DNA of 64,000 nucleotides from Trichinella spiralis (Eukaryota): NCBI RefSeq assembly GCF_000181795.1, contig NW_003526941.1, positions 1,831,542 to 1,895,541 of the forward strand, read 5' to 3'. Shown piece by piece: positions 53,721 to 64,000 of this stretch (position 1 is its first letter; each line of letters starts with the position of its first letter). The notes under the pieces were generated by a model. It saw only the letters and a program-made list of their open reading frames with translations, ran no database searches and was not told where the DNA came from. The position numbers and the translations under genes were made by a program.

Positions 53721-55708
53721 TCATTTTTTACGACAATCTGGACAATACCAGTCACCCTTCGGAGCTTCGGTTACTCCAACACATTCGTAATGAAACCACT
53801 CGTATTTGCACTGATAAAAAAATAAATTATGACATTGTTGAATAATATCAAAGTAAAAATTCTTAATAAAAAAAATATATATACTGTTAAACTGTCACAG
53901 GCAACCATCGACCCAAAAGAAGGTTGATTACAGTAACAATAGATGGACTGATCATCGATGTCACCTGCTTCTGCATTAGCATCCGCTTGGGCGACAACTT
54001 CCGTGTTCACGGCCGAAGCTTTTTTAGATGCTTTGCTTCGACCGTGAGAACCGTGGTGATGATGATCGCGTGTAGTGGAAGTTGCGGCTGCTTCAACGTC
54101 AAGTAGTGCAGTTACCCGGCTGCTCACTCTGGAACAGGAAAAGCAAAACAATTATTCACCATTAAAATAAATATTGAATCCACAAATAGACAACATACTT
54201 TCTTAATCGACCGTGGCGTGATTCATTCTTGGTTGTGACCAAGGGTTGTGGTGTTGGTTTTACTTCTGGTAATTCGACATCACTTCGTTGCTCAGTTTTA
54301 ACAACCATATTTTCCAAAACAGTCGGTGCATCTGAATTCGCCTGTCTTGTTGTCTGCAATTATTGAAGAAAAAAAAATAAAATTTCAATAATAACATATT
54401 GCATTGTATTGTTATAAGGTACTGTGAAACTTTTCAACTGTACCAACTGTGAAGATGACTGCAGTTGATTGTCACTTTCCGAATTTCCAGACTTTTTCGA
54501 AACTGTCGTTGTTGCATCCCCACCATTTTGAGTTGAAGCAGGTTGAATTCCTCCAGCTATTTTCGGCGCGTGAACGCGTTTACGACGTCGGCCATTCCTT
54601 CCGGCCACATGAACCCTTTCCAGGGTTGCATTCTGTCGTTCCATCTCTTGTTTCACTCCTAACGATAGCAAAAATAATGCAAAAACCTTAAAATTAAAAT
54701 TAAAAATGAAAACAAATGCACTTCTTTCAATGCGATCCGCGCGGCCAGCATTTTCTTCGTCAAGAGCAGCACGTAAACGATTGTATTCCTGGTCAACTAC
54801 CAACTTATATCGTTCAAGCAAATCCTCAACTGACTGCATTACTGCCACCTTTTCCTTGGCCAGATCTTCTTCCTCTTTGTAGTACTGAAATTTTATCAAT
54901 CATTTTTATTTACAAAATCCGTGCAATAAAGTATTTGCAAAACACAAGTAAACACCAATTACAGTAGAAAAGATCAACATTCACATACTTGCTTTATTCT
55001 CACAAAATGACAACCTCTTTCTTCATCTGTCATGTTGTGGGCAGCTTCAAAAAATGCTTCTGAAACACGATCATTCCGTTCCAGGACACCTGAGAAGTGA
55101 AATACTGTTAAACATTTAATCATACACAAAAAATACTGAAATCAGTTTCTATTTCAATAATTTACCAACTACATAATGAATGTTCAAAAACTGCTGTGAT
55201 TATTAATAAGATACAACTTAAGTACACTTTGCACGATGAAATACAACACAACAGTGATGCCAAATAATTTTTAAGCATCACATTTTTCATCAAATTTACA
55301 GACATTACTTTATAAACCAAAACACTGGCCGAATAAATAAAATAAAAGTAAAATCATACGGAAAACAATAAAAAACATTATTTATCAACGTAATTGTGCC
55401 TATTATTGATTTAATTTATTTAATGTAAATGCACTGAAACAACAATAAAAGTTGTTAATATAAATCGGCAGTGCACATGCTACACTCATTAGCATATAAA
55501 TTACAAATAAAAAATTAACTTCTTACTCTGCAACTGAATTTCCAACTCGTGAGACTTTGTTAATAAATCACGAAGTTCTCCAGGCATTGGAGACACTGCT
55601 ATAAATAAATAAATATATATATATATAAATATAGCTGTATATATATAGACGTTAGAAATGAACATTGAAATCTACATTACCTTCCAGCACATCATACCAG
55701 TGTTCCAT
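53721..55708 (-). CDS. Inhibitor of growth family protein (ING3-like) with C-terminal PHD finger
   Basis: N-terminal [56 protein letters not shown]. Confidence 0.9.
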
Positions 55709-57303
55709 TTGCAGGCTAAAAATAAAATATTTCACAAAATTCTTTTATATAAATAACTGTAAATATTAAATGGAAAAAAATTTATAATAGATTAAAAAAT
55801 AATTCATATATTTTTTATTAACATAGAAACAATAACATTAACATCAAAACAATTGATTAGAATATAACATTTAAATTTCATATACAATAAAAATGATAAA
55901 TATTGAAAAACTTAACGCTCGAAAAAATGTATGATTCTTTTAAAAATTATATTAATACATCTCAAATTAAAATTCCGAAAAAATTTAACGCTCTTAAATA
56001 CTTCAAACAGTTACAAACTAAAAGGAGAACAAAATATTACCTTTTACTATAACAAACAAAATTTAGATTATTATTTATCAATCATTTAGATTATTATAAT
56101 CATTTCGTTGATTATTAAAAAACTGATAAATATAAAGCATGAAAAACACTTATTTAAATGAAAATAATACGAAATTATGATGTTACTCAAAAATTTATAG
56201 GTGATAGTTTACTGTAAAATATTAGTAAAAATCAAGATGAAATTGTTAAAGCGTCAGACGTATTGCATTGAAATTTATATTCATATGATTCGTAAATTTC
56301 CGTAAATAATGGTAATTTTTTAAAATCTGCAAAAACATGCAAACTATATAAGCATTTAAATTGCAAATCATGACAAACGACTGAATTACAAAATAATGAC
56401 AAGCAGGTAACTCGTGTCATATTACGGTACTAGCTATTCCATTGCTTCAATCACCTTATTTACAAACAATGAAATGTCATTTGCTAGAATTTTATCAAAA
56501 CAGCATTTTATAAAATTAAATTTATATTTTCTAAATCAAAGCAGTTTTATTATTATGATGACATTTTACGTAATATTTGGTTTTTCTTTTCAAATTTTTA
56601 AATAAAATATTTCAATATGAGAAGTGAATTAGATAGAGGGGAGTGAAGTAGACAGCCCAGTAATAATAATCAAGGGACATTTTTATAAAAAGATCGATAA
56701 TGCCGTCGTTTTGCATGACGGCTGCTCTACTTGCCAACTGTTCAAGCAACAATTCTACTCGAAGAAAACATAGCCACATACATTTTAATGCACCTCCAAA
56801 AAGAACAGTTTGCAATCAATGGGATTATAATTTCAAATGAAAAATTAGGTTACGTATTAAATTTTTGTGGGTTTAAAAATTCCTTTTCAGTGATTTATTT
56901 AAATGTTTCTAAACCGTCTCTTTTCAAATACTTCAAATTCATAAATGCGTTAAAGTTTACTATCAGTTGCGACTTTTTATGCAAACGCTTATGAATGAAT
57001 GAATAAATTACACTTTTTTAAAATAAACATACCTTTTCAAAAGAGATGACATTTTTCTTATTATCTATATCAGTCGTGCGCCACCTATTTCAACAAACTA
57101 GCCAGCCATTTTTACGGTAAAATAAGCTGAACCAAAGTTTCAGTATTACAGATTGTGGTGATGATTTGATTAAATTTCCACTACAAGTAAATAGATACGC
57201 CGAAAGAGTTATGTAAACGTAAATGCCAAAAAAATGAACAATAGTTTGATCGACGGCGAATAAAAAAATATGTTACAACGTGTCTGCTGGCATACTAGCA
57301 AAA

Positions 57304-57711
57304 ATGCAATTCACGGTATGTGTTCAAATGATTATGAGAAATAAATTTGAATGAAATATATAATCTTTTTGACGTATTGAATTTTAGATTCTCATCATTG
57401 CTTTGTCTGTGCTGTGCTATGGAAATGCACTACCATCCAGACCCTACTGGGATCATACAGCCAAACCACCGGTTAAAAGCACTCCAAATGTTATTTGTGA
57501 TGCTTGTGCTGAACACGATTATAACTGCTTAGTAATTTGCAAAGAAAATGCACTAAAAATCAAAGGCCAAGACCAACATTCACCAAGTGTAACTATCACA
57601 ATTAAAAACTAAATAAAAAGTTTTTAAACTGTTGTTTTGTAGGATAAGCCAAGCACCGAAATCGATCAAAGTACTGCTCATAGCTGTAACTGCAATTCTG
57701 GCAATGTCTGA
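57304..57711 (+). CDS. Small secreted Cys-rich protein of unknown function (3 exons, ~93 aa)
   Basis: MQFT|ILIIALSVLCYGNA signal peptide, CDACAEHDYNCLVIC, last exon ...HSCNCNSGNV*. Canonical GT-AG introns in phase. Confidence 0.7.
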
Positions 57712-59143
57712 AGCTGAAGAATTGTGAAGAAAACAATTACAACTATCATAATGTGATGATAAATTTGCAAGTAGCGCTTTGAAATTATTTATTTATTTAT
57801 TTATTTACTAAAGAATTATACCGTAGAAACTAAATATTTTTTAAAGTTTGATGCAAGTGATTGAATATTTCGATTGAATACAGTGAATTGATTAAAATAA
57901 TTGAATAAAATTTATGATCAAACTGTTGCTGTTTGCCGGCAAGTTTGTGATGCTCCTTACCTGGTTGGTAATGGTTGAATTTTTCATAAATGCATAAATC
58001 AGTTGTTCTTAAGAATACCTTTCAATTAGGTGCAAAAGTGTTTGTTTTTCAAAGTTATCGACTAGAATAATGGGAGTGAAAACCTGGAAAGTGATTTTCC
58101 CTTTTAAAATGCAGTGAAATTCAGGCAAGCTATGCAGAAACGTTACTAGCATAGTTGTACAAGAAGCACAAACCATGCAACAAGTTTCAAGAACCCACAC
58201 GCATGCAATTAATTGCAGCTTATCTGTTGATTTCAACGCGTGTAAAACACAACATTAATTCTGACAAATGAATAATTAATTTTTGTATATATTAATTACT
58301 GCACTTTTTAGAATAGACATTAGCAGCTTAGTATTAGAACAAGAGGAAGAAAAGAAGTGCAAAACATTCAAAATTTATCTCACAAAAATAAAATTTTTTA
58401 CAAAAGTGCAATTTTTCACAAAATTCATGTAAAAGTGGTTAATTTTTATTTCCACACGTCGGAAGAGATTATTATCACAGTGTAATGATTGGCATTAAGC
58501 AAGAATGTTAGTCTGTGGTTGAGTTAAACAAAAAAAAATATGCGTACAACGCAATCAGGTGAAAAGGAAAAATGAATAAAGTATAGAATAAATAGAATGG
58601 AAGTAGAAAAAACGAATGAAGAAAAAAAAAGATGCTGATGTTCGAATCGATGAAAAAAACATACAATAAAGAAAAAACAAGAAAAAAACAGAAGGGCGGT
58701 CTTTGCAACCCGCTATGATCATCAATAATAATAATAATAATAAAGCTATTCAAGCTATTTATAAAATATTTCAAAAAATGAAAAACAAAAAAAGGCACTG
58801 ATACGTTTCTAAGATTCATATATGATCAGCTCTGAAAATAATAATTTCAGGAGCATTAAAATGGAAGAAAAAAACAATTTGACATTCAAAGCGACAAAGG
58901 CACTCTGAATTTTTTGAATCGCTCATCTCAATGAGCAGGATGTTTTCAAGATCAGCAACAAAAACTGCGTCAAAGGCGTGGTCTGTCCATGTGCATGGTC
59001 GATAAGAATATTTTTCAGAAAAAAAAGAAAAAAACGAAATCACATGCACTGCTTTTTTTGAATTTCCTATGCAGCAGTGCGTCGGTTTTGGAGGAAAAAA
59101 GAAAAAAAACAAAATAAAAACTAGTGAAACGTGAAAAAAAGAA

Positions 59144-60724
59144 TCAAAGCATGACCAACGCTTTGCTGTTGGAAGAAGCAGTGGATGATGATGTTGGGGC
59201 TGTTGTTGTTGTGGTGGTGGTGATGGTGGTGGTCAAGTCATGCAAGCTGGACGAATTCAGCAAATACGAAGAAGCTGCAGCAAAAGCCGACGTGTCGACT
59301 TCACGATGGGTCAACGGCGTCACACCTGTGGGCACACTCAACGGGTCGAATGTGAAAAACTTCGAAGGGGTCTGTTCCATGGGCAGAATCGGCGTCGACG
59401 AGAGCAACAATTCCGACTTGAAGCTGTCGTCGGCTTTGGATATTGTGACAACGTTCAAAGTGTTCGGTCTGGGCAAGAAAATTTTCCGCCCCGTCAGGGA
59501 AGTGTTACCGTTCGCCGGTGAATCAGCCGCTCTGGGACAGTTCTGCGTTGCGGAAGGCAAATTTGAATCATCCGAACTGAACGAATCCAATGCGTCACGA
59601 TCGTCACCGGATGAAAATGTGCCGGGCAGTGGCGTGCACCGGCATACTGGCAAGTGTTCATCTAAAAGCAGCTCCAATTCCATTTTCCTCTCCTCCAACC
59701 GTTCTGACTCTTCTTTCAATCGTCGCTGCTCCATCAACAACTGCTCCACTTCCTTAAAAATGAAATAAACAGCATATTTAATACAACAAATACAAACGGA
59801 AAAAAAAGATTCTCTTTGGTCAACGTTATATATATATATATATATATGCATATTTTGTATGACCATTTCCAGCTTGTTCAAATGGTCCAACCGTCGACGT
59901 CGACATCGCGCTGCCGCTTCCTTGTTCCGCAGTCGCCGCAAACGACGCTTCTCTTCCTCCTCTGGAGTCAAAATCAACGTCTCCTCTTTGGGACGACGAC
60001 CACCGGCACGCTTTTTGGGCGGTGCCTCGATAGCGTAGGACGCGTCCGCATCGCACGAATCGTACGATGTTTCACCGTACGCACCCTGGGAAAGAAAAGA
60101 TAATAATAATTCTTGAAGAACACTGAAGTAACAAAACGGAAAAACAAGGACTCAAACAACTGCATACGGAAGGCAACATGGACATAGTTTGTTGTCGTTG
60201 CTGCTGCTGATGCAATTCACCGGCTGAACTTGGCCCGTAGTGAAAACCACCACCACTACCACCACCACCAACGCAATAATTTGACTGATCAGAAATCTGA
60301 ATATAAAAGATGATATTATATGATGAAATGAAAGATGATAACTAATAAATGACAAACAAACAGAGGCATGAAAAGAAAAAAATTCACATCGCACATGTTA
60401 CTACTACATCAAGATGTTTTTCTCTCTTTCCAACCAACGTCAACTACAATAGAATAGAACACTTACGCTGACCGCAGATGAAGACGACGGCGACTGAACA
60501 TAGCAGCCTGTGTGCAGTTGAACTGAACGATGCTGATGATTGGGGTGAAATGATTCCGCCGCTTTGGCGATAACTGGCGTTTGGTATCCAGCAGCAGAAT
60601 GCCAACCTTGAAGTACGTGCGGATGTATAGTACCGTCGGTACACGAAGAATTTTGCTCAACACCTACATTCGTCGTCTGGCCGGCAAATAATAAATCAGA
60701 AGACAAAGACGATGGCCAGTACAT
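59144..60724 (-). CDS. fos-1: Fos-family bZIP transcription factor (4 exons)
   Basis: LTPEEEEKRRLRRLRNKEAAARCRRRR basic region, leucine zipper ending LELLLDEHLPVC, RPNTL docking-like motif. Confidence 0.9.
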
Positions 60725-63700
60725 TCTCAACTTGTCCAAGTATACTATTATGGCAGGCTTGTGATTTCAAACAGTCGGACAGTCAGAGGGGGAAATGTAA
60801 TTCTTTTTACAATTTGATTGTTCGACCAAGCAAGCACAGAGTCCCACTGTCAAAAATATACCAAACACAGAAAAGCTAGCGGCCGAATGGTCAACATCAA
60901 CTGCTATTGGACAATTCGATTGGCTGATCAACAATTGGTCGTTGAAAATGTTCAAACAACGCGTCGACCAATTTGATCGATATTTAAAAAATGGACAAAT
61001 TAAATAAACAAAATATTGTAAAATGAAATAAAAAAGCAGACCCAAGCCGGATTGAAATGGTGAAAGAAAACAATTCCCCTCGTGAATACTGTTCATCATC
61101 CAAATTGATCAGATTGACGAGCATCGATGAAGTGATGTGAAAAATTGAAATATAAAAATAGCATAAATAACAAGCGCATCGCGAGTCGCTTTTGTGCACC
61201 GTTAATCTCTGATTTTCAATTATAAGAAGACTAACAAAAAGGTCAATACAAACAAACGGAAAAAGTAAGAAAACGAAGTAGAAGCAGCAGAAGAAGTAGA
61301 AGAAGCGACGGCGGTATAACAAACAAAATCATCACCACCAGTATTGTCTGATCAGCCGTATACAGAACACACAGGTCGGGTCGTTCCCAGCAAATTGCGT
61401 ACAACAAATGACGACTATTAAAGTCAAACTTTTGTTGACATTAAAATTCGAGCAAATAGCTTAAGGCCGTTGGTCGGTGTTTGTTCGTAGGTGCGACAAA
61501 TACTAGCCGGCTAGCAAAGGCATGTCAACAACACAAACACAGTCAACGCCCCCAGCTCGTCGACCGATCATCTCTCTCAGATCTCAGGGCTGTATAATAA
61601 TAATAATAATATTTCCAATCGTAAAAACGCTTTTCCCCCATAAAATTACAACTCTCCCCCACTGTCGTTTAATCAGACAAAAGAAAAATAAGCAACTCAT
61701 CTCCATCTATTTCTACAATCTCTGCTTTGGAACACGGACGTCTGTTGGTAAGAATCCTGACCGCCTGCCACTACCATGCACACGTCCAACAAGGAGACAA
61801 TGCAAAAAAGTTGGCATTCATTTTTTCACATTCCTTGTAGACAGCATTTTCACCAACACAAACAAAGCGTGCACGCAAGACAAAGTAATTCAAACGGGAA
61901 ACAAAAGCCAATTTTCACAATACAATAACACACGGTTGTTGTTCTTTTTATTTTTTTTCTTTTGCTTATCATATTCTGCAAAATCAAACCGTTCCATTGT
62001 TTACGTCAATGAAAATTTGCTTACTGTTTCTCTAGATAATTGCAATGTTTATTTCACAGCAGCAACAACAACACAACACAACCATCATAAAACAACAATA
62101 GCAGCAGCAGTCATTGTTGTTTTTAGCTCGGCTGCTATTTCAAGAAAGCTTTATTTTCGCTTGAATGAAAAAGCAAAGCGTGAGATAATATCAAAATTGA
62201 AAAAGCATGACAATATCGAAACTTAAATGCAAATCAAACATCACTGCTTTAGACCACTTTCTATTGTTTGAAGAAAATTTATACTCAGCAGACAACACCA
62301 AGCAAATCTTTTCGCCCAATCAACCCACATTGCTGCAAGCAGCCAACAACAACATTTCGAACATGTGTAAAATATTTTCACTGCACTTTTTGCTTTGTCA
62401 AACATTGCTCTTGTGTTACTTTTTTGTTGCTTTCAATTTGATACTGTGCTTGAGAAAATTCAAATTTCATTTACAACTCTATTTCAGAAGAACATTCAGT
62501 TGGAAAACAACAAAAAAAGGCAAAATGCCCCAACCGAAAACTGAATCAGAAAAATGAGAAGAATAATATGCGCTTTTCACGCTGAAAAAGTAAAACGGAA
62601 AACGGAAAAAAACCTCTGTTTACACCTCATGTATACAACATCAATAATTAAAGATTATTAATTAATAATTTCTACAATCCTTACGTTTCTTTTTGCGACA
62701 ATGCGATATAATGATGATTGATATTTTCTCAAAATAGAGCGCTAAAACTTTCGCCTTTTCAACACAACAATTACAAAGGTGCATTCAGAGCAATCGAAAA
62801 GTTAGACATAGAAAAAAACCATCAAATTCATACAATACAAAATAATCTATACAATTATAAGCAATAAAACTCAACTTTATATGAACAAATGAAGAAAAAA
62901 ACAAATAGGAACAGGCTTTTTCCCTATTTAATAATAAAATAAGAAACTAATTTAGCATTTAACTAACATTAGATATTGCAACAAAAAAAGAAATACCTCA
63001 AATGTTCCAACTACTCTGGAAAAAGTTACAGAAAAAATGAAAACAGCTTTATACCTACATAATATGAATCTGGTCATAACAAATATCTGTCAACGCTTGC
63101 AAATTAACAAGTACTTGCAATAAAGAAAATGACAATGGCCATTTCATACGAAACTAAATGTAAGAACTTTCTTCTTAAACTGAAAAGCTTCTTTTGACTT
63201 TTTTTCTGAATAATTGACCAAATCTAAACTAAATAATAAACAATTTCAGTTCAAAATTCATCACCGAATAATAATTTTTATATTCGATTGCAAAAATTGT
63301 TTGCCATCAATTTAACATTCCCAACCGAATGCTCGAGAACTGATTTCTAAAGTTTTCTTTTCCAGGACAAACAATTAAAATTTCCATAAACTGCTGAAGT
63401 ACAAGCCATAAAACACGCAAGACTGTTCAATAGAACGTTAAACATCAACTGCTATAACTGTTCGCTCTTTCAAATTAATGCAGTAAAACTACTTTAAACA
63501 TAGCTTCCGCATACGTTGAAGCAACAATTTATTCAATCGCATTCAAACTACCTGCATTTAGTTGACAATTTTTAAAATCACTTTTTTTACTTTCAGAGAA
63601 TTGCATAATTTATCTCGTAATAAAACTAATATCGCAATTTCAATTGCAAAACAAATCTCACAAATTTGACATTTTCAAACATTTACTATGTTTATGCAAT

Positions 63701-64000
63701 TTTTTAATCAATAATAATCGAAAAAATAACTTAAATAAAAATTAAAATAACCCAAATAATGAAGCTGGATACCAATATTTGTGAAAATTAAAAACTGCAA
63801 GAAAACAAAGATTTTAAATTAAATTTTCTTCAAAAAAACCGAAACACAGAATTACTAGATTCAGTGGAAGAGCAAAGTTATGTAATCACATCACTTTAAG
63901 GCATAAAAATTAACTAAATGTATACTGATAAAGCGAGAAAAATGTGCTGCAAGCAATTAACCGCGATCAACATGCATACACATCACGTTTGGATCTTTTG

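Noticed and set aside
56702..56722. GC-rich hairpin GCCGTCGT-TTTGC-ATGACGGC as Helitron end or snRNA stem
   Set aside because: No CTRR terminus at the expected spacing and no snRNA similarity recognised
59124..59768. 214-aa plus-strand ORF
   Set aside because: Antisense shadow of the GC-richer Fos last exon
61522..62226. 234-aa ORF upstream of Fos
   Set aside because: Low-complexity A/C-rich strand with homopolymer-derived residues and no domain; probably regulatory or intergenic DNA

Overview
AT-rich, intron-dense eukaryotic DNA. The short (~50-nt) introns, gene content and operon-like spacing fit a nematode, most likely Trichinella (inferred, not verified). The first ~10 kb is repeat-rich with three 10-N gaps, two gap-flanking duplications, an inverted-repeat element, a ~203-bp satellite and a 19-bp minisatellite. 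The remainder is a compact gene array: COX7A-like, adenylosuccinate synthetase, reticulon, a secreted nitrobindin/THAP4-like protein, UBA-PTH2, COX16, glucosylceramidase (GH30), DCAF7, TMA7, a GH27 alpha-galactosidase/NAGA, BBS2, CNOT4-like, TMCC, ING3-like, a small secreted Cys-rich orphan and Fos. Main points of interest: (1) the COX16 stop lies 14 nt from the PTH2 ATG, with only a splice acceptor between them; (2) the GH27 enzyme has a C-terminal transmembrane anchor and YxxPhi tail, and its stop is 20 nt from the convergent BBS2 stop; (3) an RFX X-box sits upstream of BBS2; (4) TMA7 and GH27 have classic operon spacing; (5) the nitrobindin-fold protein appears to lack the heme His. Gene models were spliced by eye, so exon ends and some start codons are approximate.
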